Source of the DNA: Nemertoderma westbladi
Taxonomy: Eukaryota; Animalia; Xenacoelomorpha
Length of the DNA stretch: 64,000 nt
NCBI GenBank assembly: GCA_032718475.1
Contig: JAUCBJ010006685.1
Location: 1 to 64,000 of the forward strand
Reading direction: 5' to 3'
In this document: piece by piece, positions 35,401 through 45,875 of the stretch
How the letters are laid out: each line of letters opens with the position of its first letter
How positions within the stretch are numbered: position 1 is the first letter of the stretch
Translations under genes and position numbers: made by a program
The notes under the pieces: generated by a model
The model's input: the letters and a program-made list of their open reading frames with translations, nothing else
What the model was told of the DNA's origin: nothing
The model's database searches: none

Positions 35401-37270
35401 GGAACTGTTTCTGCAGCTGCTAACTTAACTGCTTCTGTAAAGGCAGTATAGCCCTCACAGTGATCTGCCACCTCAGAGGCAAGAGCCTCATACCTGTTGC
35501 TCAGCTGTAGTGTGAAGCTGGATCTCACACTTGGCTGTTGCAACAGAGAGGACCAGTCATGCCGTGGGAAGGCAGATTTCGTTGTTCTGCGGTAGAAACC
35601 TACGAGAATGGAAAGGAACACTTTGCAGTGTTCGTTTCCACAGTAGAAACCTACGAGAATGAAAAGGAAAAGGAACACTTTGCAGCGTTCCTTTCCATGG
35701 TAGAAACCTACGAGAATGGAAAGGAACACTTTGCAGTGTTCGTTTCCACAGTAGAAACCTACGAGAATGAAAAGGAAAAGGAACACTTTGCAGCGTTCCT
35801 TTCCATGGTAGAAACCTACGAGAATGGAAAGGAACACTTTACAGCGTTCGTTTCCATGGTAGAAACCTACGAGAATGGAAAGGAACACTTTGCAGTGTTC
35901 GTTTCCACGGTAGAAACCTACGAGAATGGAAAGCAACACTTTGCAGTGTTCGTTTCCACGGTAGAAACCTACGAGAATGGAAAGGAACACTTTGCAGTGT
36001 TCGTTTCCACGGTAGAAACCTACGAGAATGGAAAGGAACACTTTGCAGTGTTCGTTTCCATGGTAGAAACCTACGAGAATGGAAAGGAACACTTTGCAGT
36101 GTTCGTTTCCACAGTAGAAACCTACGAGAATGAAAAGGAAAAGGAACACTTTGCAGCGTTCCTTTCCATGGTAGAAACCTACGAGAATGGAAAGGAACAC
36201 TTTACAGCGTTCGTTTCCATGGTAGAAACCTACGAGAATGGAAAGGAACACTTTGCAGTGTTCGTTTCCACGGTAGAAACCTACAAGAATGGAAAGCAAC
36301 ACTTTGCAGTGTTCGTTTCCACGGTAGAAACCTACGAGAATGGAAAGGAACACTTTGCAGTGTTCGTTTCCACGGTAGAAACCTACGAGAATGGAAAGGA
36401 ACACTTTGCAGTGTTCGTTTCCACAGTAGAAACCTACGAGAATGAAAAGGAAAAGGAACACTTTGCAGCGTTCCTTTCCATGGTAGAAACCTACGAGAAT
36501 GGAAAGGAACACTTTACAGCGTTCGTTTCCATGGTAGAAACCTACGAGAATGGAAAGGAACACTTTGCAGTGTTCGTTTCCACGGTAGAAACCTACGAGA
36601 ATGGAAAGCAACACTTTGCAGTGTTCGTTTCCACGGTAGAAACCTACGAGAATGGAAAGGAACAATTTGCAGTGTTCGTTTCCACGGTAGAAACCTACGA
36701 GAATGGAAAGGAACAATTTGCAGTGTTAATTTCCATGGTAGAAACCTACGAGAATGGAAAGGAACACTTTGTAGTGTTCATTTCCACGGTAGAAACCTAC
36801 GAGAATGGAAAGGAACACTTTGCAGCGTTCGTTTCCATGGTAGAAACGTACGAGAATGGAAAGGAACACTTTGCAGCATTCGTTTCCACGGTAGAAATCT
36901 ATGAGAATGGAAAGGAACACTTTGCAGTGTTCCTTTCCATGGTAGAAACCTACAAGATTGGAAAGGAACACTTTGCAGCATTCGTTTCCATGGTAGAAAC
37001 CTACGAGATTGGAAAGGAACACTTTGCAGCATTTGTTTCCATGGTAGAAACCTACGAGAATGGAAAGGAACATTTTGCAGTGTTCATTTTCACGATAGAA
37101 ACCTACGAGAATGGAAAGGAACACTTTACAGTGTTTGTTTCCACGGTAGAAACCTATGAGAATGGAAAGGAACATTTTGCAGTGTTCGTTTTCACGGTAG
37201 AAACCTACGAGAATTGAAAGGAACATTTTGCAGTGTTCGTTTTCACGATAGAAACCTAAGAGAATGGAAA
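26462..37270. repeat. 51-bp palindromic tandem satellite (~8.6 kb of array) in the perlecan-like intron, interrupted by an RTE
   Basis: Unit gtagaaacctacgagaatggaaaggaacactttgcagtgtt(aat/cgt/cct)ttccacg; the long ORFs here are just the 17-codon unit. Confidence 0.98.
33376..35590 (-). mobile_element. 5'-truncated RTE-clade LINE, copy 2 (open RT frame 33420-35590), inserted in the 51-bp satellite
   Basis: Near-identical to copy 1; (TAG)n tail at 33376-33390; 13-bp TSD ggtagaaacctac (33363-33375, 35591-35603); complete RT motif set. Confidence 0.94.
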
Positions 37271-37285
37271 TGAGGAAATGAGGAT

Positions 37286-37527
37286 GGCCAGTGTCATTTA
37301 AGATGCATCTCAAGAAAGTCATGGGCTGTCCACCATGCTTATTCACTCCATGAGGTTGCCAAAGTACAAGATTATGCACTGGCTGGTCCTCACGGCGAAA
37401 ACAATGTCCTGCAAAGCGGAGGCGATTTTGTTCTAGGGGGAAGGAACCAATGAGACACCTCCAATGTTATATAGTGTCTGGTTGGAGATGTGTGCATTGT
37501 ACTTGACACAATGAACCCAGCGTAGTT
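37286..37527 (-). mobile_element. Short decayed fragment of the same RTE family
   Basis: Matches 23018-23268 and 33508-33758 (HNLVLWQPHGVNKHGGQP) with indels. Confidence 0.85.
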
Positions 37528-37659
37528 CAGTCCAAAATTAATTAGTACAACGATGGACAGATTGATTAGTCTTACTGCCATCTGGTCTTAGCTCAATCAG
37601 TCAATGTAATACTTGAAATATTTTTTAAAGTTTGTTCCGGGCATCTGCAGTATCAATTG

Positions 37660-37734
37660 CAGAAGCCGAACTGAACCGAAATTGCCAAACTTCGGCCCGA
37701 ACCGAACCGAAGCCGAAGCTTCTGTTGAGCCCTA
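37660..37734. mobile_element. Terminus of a hAT-like non-autonomous DNA transposon
   Basis: Reverse strand begins TAGGGCTC followed by clustered subterminal CCGAA/TTCGG repeats; partner end not identified. Confidence 0.45.
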
Positions 37735-38110
37735 CAGCCCTAGGGCCTAGAGCCCTAGTCCAGAGCAATATCTCCATTATTTAAGAATCAATCAGTCAAT
37801 CGAAACTAAATTTGGACAAGAGGTAGAAATAGGCATGACGACGGATCATACAGAAAATTTAGGTGTTGAGATGATATTTGTGCAATGCGAGCGCTATTAT
37901 TAGGGTGGTAAACAATTATTGCATTAGCATTAGACAGCAGTAAATTTGAATTTTGTAGTAGTTGTTACCGGTCCTCTGGTCAGCCGGTAGGCCAATACTA
38001 CTACTGTCCTACAATATTGCTGTACTGCAGTACTGGTGTATTGTTCTGATATAAGTAGGACCGTGAACCCGCCAGACTTGCCAGCTTGTGTATATTTTTT
38101 ATTGTTTTAG

Positions 38111-38174
38111 AGTTGTGACACTTGAGGTTGAAGGTATGCGACCAACTAATTCTACACTTGACGGTCATTTTCAG
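38111..38174 (+). CDS. Exon of perlecan/HSPG2-like gene: laminin-G continuation (64 bp, not in the ORF track)
   Basis: ttgttttag acceptor in phase 2 with the previous exon; (R)VVTLEVEGMRPTNSTLDGHFQ resembles perlecan GSLIVGDLAPVNGTSQGKFQ; cag|gtgagt donor. Confidence 0.8.
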
Positions 38175-38254
38175 GTGAGTTTATTTAGTAAACAAATACA
38201 GGTATATATGCAATATGAAATATCGAAAGTTTTAAGCATCAAGTAAAAAATTAC

Positions 38255-38574
38255 TATATGGACCACATTAATATCAGTTAATTTTAATATTTTGTTGTCG
38301 TGTATACTGTATATGGACCACATTGATATCAGTTAATTTGAATATTTTGTTGTCGTGTATACTGTATATGGACCACATTGATATCAGTTAATTTTAATAT
38401 TTTGTTGTCGTGTATACTGTATATGGACCACATTGATATCAGTTAATTTTAATATTTTGTTGTCGTGTATACTGTATATGGACCGCATTGATATCAGTTA
38501 ATTTTAATATTTTGTTGTCGTGTATACTGTATATGGACCACATTGATATCAGTTAATTTTAATATTTTGTTGTC
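38255..38574. repeat. 55-bp tandem repeat (~5.8 copies)
   Basis: tatatggaccacattgatatcagttaattttaatattttgttgtcgtgtatactg repeated. Confidence 0.95.
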
Positions 38575-38929
38575 ATTGTAATTTTAAATTATTTGACGTA
38601 CCTTAATTACTGTATGTTAAATTATTTTACTAATATTTAACTCCTGTATTTTATTTGATATTCTATTTGCGTGTTTCCTATTTTACATCACTTGCATGAC
38701 CTACTATAGTACAATATGTTCATAATCTATATGCTTTTATAATTTTTTTATAACTGATATTGTACCAGTGTTTTGTAATTTTTTTTAAAATAATTTTAGT
38801 TATTTTTTTTTAATAATGTTATAATACGGCTTTTTTTTAATAATGCATGCTATTTGTACTTAACCTTTTTATATCATCTGCCCGGAAATATACATTGAAA
38901 TTCATTATTTTTAATATTTTAAAATTTAT

Positions 38930-39720
38930 TTTTATTTATTTATTGCCATACTTAAATACAATATTGTATATAAGGCAGTTTAGAGGCAAGCCTCTTTAAC
39001 TGATAATAACTGACCTCTTAAGGAGGTCAGCTGGCACTCTATCCTAATAAGTAAGTACTAAATATAAATATAAAATGCATGCAGTAAATAATAAACCTAT
39101 GAACGAAATGGTTACACAATATTTCCATGCAGAAGAGCAATATATTTATCTAGTTAATTAATTGTACGGTACTGTACTTATATTACAGGAAACTATTACA
39201 TCATACATACAAAAAAAAATACAGTAATACACATGATTAATAATAAATATAATTAAGTAATTAATTGCCGGACATTATTTATTATTAAAAAATTTATTAA
39301 ATTACAAAAATTCGTTTCACCGTAAATAATGTGCTCAAGCACCCAGCATTGATAGAACCCGCGTCAATTTTATTTATCCCGTTCAAATCGTGAGAGGAAA
39401 TGCTTTTTTAGAGAGCCTTTAAAAGTGGAATAGTTCGTTACTAGTTGTTTTATTGTGTGCGGTAAGTCATTCCATAATTTTATGAGTTGGGTAGTTAAGC
39501 TGTAGTGCCCAAACCGGTTGTTAGTCCTTGGTAGTTTAATATTAAGGGTGCGTCTGTTAAGTAAGTCATCAGTGGTTGTATCTGGTAGGTAAGGAAGATT
39601 TAGATGTTGGAATGGGATGGATATGTTTGTTATGTACTTGGCAAAGAATAGTAACCCGAAATACTCCCGGTATGCAGAGAGTATTGGTATTCTTGTAAAA
39701 CTACTCTGCACTGACGATAT
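38930..39720 (-). mobile_element. 3' end of a CR1/L2-group LINE
   Basis: ORF 39370-39711 ends LPRTNNRFGHYSL...IKLWNDLPHTIK...STFKGSLKKHFL, typical of this group's C-terminus; 3' UTR ends in (AAAT)n near 38930-38943. Confidence 0.7.
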
Positions 39721-39947
39721 TGTACTTAAACTTAAATTTATTAAATTTTACCAGCACTTTTTGACTAGCACCTTGTGAATATCCGTCACCATCAGAATTT
39801 CGACTTAATTAAAATACTTTACTTACCTAATTTTTATTTATTAGACTTATTTTTAATTTTGCCAACCTTTTACTTTTACATAATTAGCCAATCATTGGCT
39901 ACAATTAATTGTGACATTGCATGCAATTCCAAATATTTATTTTTAAT

Positions 39948-40506
39948 TGTTAGCTTATTCAATCCCGCCAACACCCCATAAAGTTATTAGCCGATAAGCA
40001 ATATTGGGAGCCACGAGATTGGGCAATTAACCAACTCGTGCCATCCCAATAAGAGTGGGAAGGAAGCACACAATAGGGGTCAGGGGCCAAACCCCTAACC
40101 AAGAGAGAACAGCAAGGGCGAAGGGAAGCACTTCAGAGGGGGGCAAAGGGTGCCAACAGGGGTATTAGCCAATGGGGGGACAGCATCGACTAAGTACTGT
40201 AACGGCCAAACCCGTGCAATATATATTACCTGTACGGTAATCATTATAGTCAGTTTACTCAGTCAGCTATCCCAGTACAGTAAGGCAGTACGGTGACTGT
40301 TAAGACCGTCGTCGCCACCGTCACCATATTAGCAGTATTCAGCTTTATCTACTGTGCTATCTGTATCACTCATCATTTATTATCTCAACGTTATCAGAGT
40401 TCGACAACGACACTAGAACAATTATTACCTTTTCCATTCACACGGCGGGGCGGGGACGCGTACGAAACACACCGGATAAACCGGGATCCTCTCGGATCCC
40501 GTCACA
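39948..40506 (+). repeat. 5' LTR of element B
   Basis: tgttagc...ggatcccgtcaca; followed by gtcttaaca, not a TGG-type tRNA PBS. Confidence 0.95.
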
Positions 40507-40601
40507 GTCTTAACATCTGAGAATTGCCTGAACTGTAACTGCCCGTCACAGTCTTAACACTAGGCCTGCCGAGCTGTGACTGACGGCTACCAAAGACGAA
40601 G

Positions 40602-42050
40602 ATGAGTCGAGAGAGAGGAACGACACCGCCGCGGACCCCGGACGACGATCTAACGATCCGCGAGGCCACGGCGAGACGATACGGACCCACGACGCCGGTC
40701 GATGCTACGTCGACCACGTCGATAACGAGCAACCCGGCGAACCAAGATGTGGGGGGTCGTCTACAGCGAGAGAGCGAGTCGAGTAGAGGAGAGAGCGAGA
40801 CGGGGGAGGAGGAAGACGAGTCGACGTGGAGCGAGGGTCGACGTACCGATGTCACCGGTCAGCCACAGACCGAGGGCGACGGACGGCCCACCGGAACGGC
40901 AACGGTGGGGCCGCCGGTACGACGTCGGACCCGGAGAGATGGAGGAGAGGTCGGCGACGAGGATGTCGGGGTCTCTGATCGACTTCGACGAGCCTACGCC
41001 GCGACCCGGGAACAACTGAAGGAAGCTAGAGGAGGGGCTGAGATAGACCAGGTGAAGTTGAGGAGACGACTAGGTGAGTCGAACAGATACTTTGATTACC
41101 TAGTGCGTTCTGGGCAGGGAGAACTGGCCGAGGAGAGAGCGAGAGGGGTTGCCTTCGAACTGTTTGGGCTATGGGAACGTAGGGGTATGGGGCCTGGTGT
41201 AGTGTACATAGGGCCATACTTAGTCGATGCCAGGGAAGTTAAGTTAGTGGGTTGGGCGGGACCGCACGAGGGCGAATCCGAGGTTAGCTCCGAGGATTCG
41301 GCCTCGTCGGTCAGCGAGGACCCCGGAAAGCGGGGGAAAGTTGGTAGGACCGTCTCAACCGATAAGTCTGCTACATCCTCCGCAAAAGAAAGAAGGGTGC
41401 AGGAGATAAATCTGGCTGCATATAAATTAAAAATTGAAGAATTAGAGTGGCGACTGAGGGGAAGGAAGGAGCGAGAGAGTGAACGCGAAGAGCGTGAGGC
41501 AAGAGAACAGAGCGTGCGGTACACGTACAGTAGATACAGCAACCGTACGGGCGAGGGGGGTAGTAGTAGTACGTTAGGAAATGTTTGTATTGATAGTACC
41601 GTAGTAGATAACCCTAATAATCCCTTTATTACAGGAAATATTTTACCCGGTAGTAGTAATTTAAGTTTAAATTCAAATAATAATATTAATTCAAATATTC
41701 AGAATAATCAAAATAATTCAAATAATTCGAATAGCAATTTAAATTTTGAAAATAATAATAATTCTAGCTTAAATAATTTAAATAATAATCCCGTTTCAAA
41801 TTCTAATAATTTAATTGATTTAACAAATAATATTGGGAATGGTGCTATTAATATGAGCGCGTCAGACGTGTATAGCCCGGCAGACGGCGGCCTGGTAGGC
41901 CACGTAGTTAGTAGACAGGAAGTGGCGGGGTTGCGCCAACCCGACGGCGGCCTGGTAGGCCACGTAGTTGGTAGGCAGGAGGTAGCGGGGTTGAGCCAAC
42001 CCGGGGTGGGCCTGGTAGGCCTCGCAGTAGTAGGGAGAGAGGCGGGGTGA
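40602..42050 (+). CDS. Gag-like ORF of element B, N-terminal part with Asn-rich segment
   Basis: 482 aa, homologous to 11595-12860; runs through an AT-rich, Asn-rich block (~41580-41850). Confidence 0.7.
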   Translation: MSRERGTTPPRTPDDDLTIREATARRYGPTTPVDATSTTSITSNPANQDVGGRLQRESESSRGESETGEEEDESTWSEGRRTDVTGQPQTEGDGRPTGTATVGPPVRRRTRRDGGEVGDEDVGVSDRLRRAYAATREQLKEARGGAEIDQVKLRRRLGESNRYFDYLVRSGQGELAEERARGVAFELFGLWERRGMGPGVVYIGPYLVDAREVKLVGWAGPHEGESEVSSEDSASSVSEDPGKRGKVGRTVSTDKSATSSAKERRVQEINLAAYKLKIEELEWRLRGRKERESEREEREAREQSVRYTYSRYSNRTGEGGSSSTLGNVCIDSTVVDNPNNPFITGNILPGSSNLSLNSNNNINSNIQNNQNNSNNSNSNLNFENNNNSSLNNLNNNPVSNSNNLIDLTNNIGNGAINMSASDVYSPADGGLVGHVVSRQEVAGLRQPDGGLVGHVVGRQEVAGLSQPGVGLVGLAVVGREAG

Positions 42051-42254
42051 ATAGACCCGGCCGCAGTAGAGACAGTGTGTCGACTAGAGAGGGGTGTAGA
42101 GACGAAGTAAGATATATTGAAGTTAGATGTGGCGGGTGGGGGGGGCTACAGGAGCCCCACCACATGAGATTAGCGGCGAGAGAGGGGGGGCAGAGAATGC
42201 CCCACAAGAGGGGTGTAGAAGTGCAGTAAGAGATAGTGAAGTTAGAAGTAGCGG

Positions 42255-44411
42255 GTGGGGGGGGCTACGGGCATCCCACCGCGAGAGATTAGTAGCGAGA
42301 GAGGGGGGGGAGAGAGTGTCCCACAGGCGTCGGCGGATAATGCGCGGGCCGAATTAGGTAAACCGCAACACCCGGCGATGGAGAGTAATAGGGGGATTGC
42401 GAGTATCCCCAGCGGCGTGCGATCGAGCAGAGAGAGACAGGTTGACGTCGCGAGAGGGCGGGCGACGGAACGTCGAGCCCAGTCAGAAGAGAGAAGATTA
42501 GTAGAGTTTAATAGAGAGATCGAGGATAGGAGAAGATTAGTAGAGTATAATAGAGAGGTCGAAGATAGAAGAAGATTAGCAGAGTTTAACCGAGAGGTCG
42601 AAAAGAGAAGAAAGGAAGATAATAGAAGAGTCATTGCTAGGAGCAACCGGAGAGCGAGGACGGATAGCGAGCCGTCGCTAGTAGAGATGGAGTTAGGGAG
42701 TCAGTGGGGTCGAACTTCGGGAGATTGCCGTCGCCCCGGAGAAACGCACCGCACGCCAGGAGAGGGGTACAGGACGTACCGATACGAAGACGAGAGCAGG
42801 ATAGGGGATCGAAGGGAAACTTCCCGACGTGATATAGCTGCCGATCGAGAGTGTGGTAGTCGCGGGGAGATTCGAGATTTGCGAAGAATAAACTTCGGTT
42901 CGGAAGGGCACATGCAGACTGCAGGACATACTGTAGGCCTTACTGCACATACTATTATAGGCCATGCTGGGAGAGATAGAGTAGGCGATAGGGTAGCGCG
43001 GACGACGGGATTAAACCCGGAAGTCGCGGAGTACATACCGGTAGGTAGGCGAGAGGTAGGTAGGCCTATATCGGTACAGCAGCATGACTATAATACACAG
43101 GGACATAACATATATCCAGGGGAGGGGAGAGTTATTGTAGATAGATGTATGGGCCCCAATATATTAACATCAACCCCAGTACCAAACATACCGGCCGGGG
43201 GGGGACAGGGTGACATTCCCCCATCACAATATCGACAATATACCCCAATAGGAGCGAGAACATCGAACCCCTTGGACGAGAACAGGTCGTGCGGACAGTC
43301 AATACCACACGCGGCCGTACAGGGGACTGCTAGTCCACAGTTAGCTGGTAGCAGGGCCACACCGTGGCAGGGACAGAAAGAAAATAACACCATATATAAT
43401 AAACATAATCCCAATGTACCCAGTAGGCCGAATACAGACAACCAAAACACTAAATCGGTACATATAAACCTAGGCGCGATACGTGAGGGACTATACAGGG
43501 AACGCTATAATCCAGGATTCGAATGTCAATTACATCGGGACGGAACACATAAGACCAGGAGTTGTAAGCACTGGCAAGCGTTGCCCAAACAAGATCGTGT
43601 AGCCTACACAGACGCAAACGGACTATGTCATCGATGTGTGGTAGAAGGACACAGATCCGGAGAGTGTAGAGAAACAGCAGCTACAAGCACAACAGAAGAG
43701 AAGAAGAGAAAAGTACTACTCGGGGTAGTACCAGAGAAGATATCAGGAGAGGGCGGTCGTTCAGTAACGACATGTTACCATGGGTGCATGATACCAGGCA
43801 CCGAAGACGCAGAGGAAGTAGAGGAGAAACGAGAGATAGTAGAGCCAGATAGGGAGGTGTCAGTGAGAAAGTGGGCAGAGGAAAGTAGGTTTCCCAGCAA
43901 GCATCGGTATGGAGATGGAGCGGAGCGGACGGCGAGGTGTCCGGAGGACAACACTCCGGGGGAGTGTCCAGAGGAGTGTCCGGAAGAGACGCAGGTCCGG
44001 GTTGGAGGCATACCGACAAGGGGGAAGTCGAGAAGGAAGGCAGGATGGAGAGGGGTAGGACTGCTGTTGTACCTCCTGTTTTGCCTGTTCTTTCACTTTC
44101 TATTCATTCTGCCACCGGGAGATAACAAGGAGGGAGATGGCATTTTGATGCCAGGAGACGAGCTAGTTAAGAAGACGATGGAGAGACCCAACCTTGGGGT
44201 GGTGAAAGGGGGAGAGCCAACCCCTGGTCAGGTGGAATTGGCGAAGAGGGTGTGGCAAAGAGTAAGAGGACATATAGGAGGGCAGCAGGAGAGTGCCTAC
44301 CGGAAGAAGGGGCACGTGAGAGTTTTTAGTCGTCCAAAGTTTTGGACTGAGGGGGGTGGGAATGAGGGCGAGACGCCCTTCCCACGCACAAAATATAAAT
44401 TAATTATTTAA
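42255..44411 (+). CDS. Gag-like ORF of element B, C-terminal part: zinc knuckles plus protease- and integrase-tail-like relics
   Basis: CQLHRDGTHKTRSC...LCHRCVVEGHRSGEC; KVLLGVVPEKISG (resembles the BEL pre-protease motif, no catalytic D); QVELAKRVWQR (resembles the BEL integrase C-terminal LA..FW.RW); hydrophobic GLLLYLLFCLFFHFLFIL. Confidence 0.68.
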   Translation: MGGATGIPPREISSERGGGESVPQASADNARAELGKPQHPAMESNRGIASIPSGVRSSRERQVDVARGRATERRAQSEERRLVEFNREIEDRRRLVEYNREVEDRRRLAEFNREVEKRRKEDNRRVIARSNRRARTDSEPSLVEMELGSQWGRTSGDCRRPGETHRTPGEGYRTYRYEDESRIGDRRETSRRDIAADRECGSRGEIRDLRRINFGSEGHMQTAGHTVGLTAHTIIGHAGRDRVGDRVARTTGLNPEVAEYIPVGRREVGRPISVQQHDYNTQGHNIYPGEGRVIVDRCMGPNILTSTPVPNIPAGGGQGDIPPSQYRQYTPIGARTSNPLDENRSCGQSIPHAAVQGTASPQLAGSRATPWQGQKENNTIYNKHNPNVPSRPNTDNQNTKSVHINLGAIREGLYRERYNPGFECQLHRDGTHKTRSCKHWQALPKQDRVAYTDANGLCHRCVVEGHRSGECRETAATSTTEEKKRKVLLGVVPEKISGEGGRSVTTCYHGCMIPGTEDAEEVEEKREIVEPDREVSVRKWAEESRFPSKHRYGDGAERTARCPEDNTPGECPEECPEETQVRVGGIPTRGKSRRKAGWRGVGLLLYLLFCLFFHFLFILPPGDNKEGDGILMPGDELVKKTMERPNLGVVKGGEPTPGQVELAKRVWQRVRGHIGGQQESAYRKKGHVRVFSRPKFWTEGGGNEGETPFPRTKYKLII

Positions 44412-44434
44412 TTAAAAATAAATAATAAAAATAA

Positions 44435-45560
44435 TTAAATAATAGTTAGAAGAGATAGTAAGTAGTAGAACAGGAGATAAGTTAGTAGAGGGAGAGTAGA
44501 GTTAGAAGGCGGCGGGGTAAGGGAGTGTGGCATATTGTCATGCCACGAGTAGTAGTAGGGGGGCTGTGGGCACCGTAAGCGCCACGTAGAAGGAGAGTAG
44601 GTTAGAAGGCGGCGGGGTAAGGGAGTGTGGCATATTGTCATGCCACGAGTAGTAGTAGAGGGGTTGTGGGCACCGGAAGCGCCACGTAGAAAGTAGTAAG
44701 AGAGGGGTTGTGGGCACCGGAAGCGCCACGTAGAAAGTAGTAAGAGAGGGGTTGTGGGCACCGGAAGCGCCACGTAGAAAGTAGTAGTAGTGGAGTGGTT
44801 GTGGGCACCGTTAGCGCCACGTAGAAAGTAGTAAGAGAGTGGTTGTGGGCACCGGAAGCGCCACGTAGAAAGTAGTAGGAGAGAGTGGTTGTGGGCACCG
44901 GAAGCGCCACGTAGAAAGTAGTAGCAGGGAGTGGTTGTGGGCACCGCAAGCGCCACGTAGATAGAGGTATTAGTGGAGGTGGAGATGTAGATAGAGTAGA
45001 GTGGTAGAGACGGGCACATAGGGTGCCAGCTAGTAGAGTTAGAGATAGTAGAGAGTTAGTAGAGTTAGAAAGATAGTAGCAGAGTAGAAGCAGTAGTAGA
45101 GTGGTTGTGGGCACCGTTAGCGCCACGTAGATGGAGGTAGAGTTAGTAAGAGGGTACGTAGTACCGGTTGTGGTTGTGGGCACCGTTAGCGCCACGTAGA
45201 TGGAGGTAGAGTTAGTAAGAGGGTACGTAGTACCGGTTGTGGTTGTGGGCACCGTTAGCGCCACGTAGATGGAGGTAGAGTTAGTAAGAGGGTACGTAGT
45301 ACCGGTTGTGGTTGTGGGCACCGCAAGCGCCACGTAGATGGAGGTAGTAGCAGAGGGTTGTGGGCACCCTAAGCGCCACGTAGTAGAAGAGTTGGTAAGA
45401 GTTAGTAGACTTATCAGAGAGTAGAGTTAGTAGTTAGTAGAGTTAGATAGTTAGAGTTAGTAAGTTAGATAAGGTAGATAGTATGATAGCACAGGGGTAG
45501 CATTAGAGATTAGGGCCTTAGGGAGTGGCAGAGAGTAGAGAGGAGATAGTGAGAAGAGCT
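44435..45560 (+). repeat. 3' non-coding hairpin array of element B
   Basis: ~13x gtgggcaccgNNagcgccac, 3x ggtacgtagtacc, 1x ggcacatagggtgcc, 2x gtggcatattgtcatgccac, within A/G/T-only spacers. Confidence 0.85.
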
Positions 45561-45875
45561 ATTGGCGAGAAGTTAGAGTGCGATTCAGGTGTGGGGAGAG
45601 TGTAAGAGTGGGGAGAGAGCGAGTTGAGTTAGAGAGCGAAGTTAGAGTGGCGAGAGTGTTGGGGAAACAAAAATTGTGTGAGAGAAGCGCACGATCGGCC
45701 CGACACGAGACGCCAGAGGGTAGTGACATCATACCCAGAGGGAGCGGCCTGGAAAGCCGACTCCGAGAGAAAAGATTTCCACCCCACACCCGATGCTAGA
45801 TCGGGATCCAGCGGGATTGTAACGCACTTTTTGGTTGATGCTATCTTCTTACCGGGAAGATAGCATGGGGGGGAG

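Noticed and set aside
33420-36716. 1098-aa ORF apparently fusing a repeat domain to an RT
   Set aside because: The N-terminal ~375 aa are satellite read in a stop-free frame. The TSD shows the RTE starts at 35590, so the fusion is incidental.
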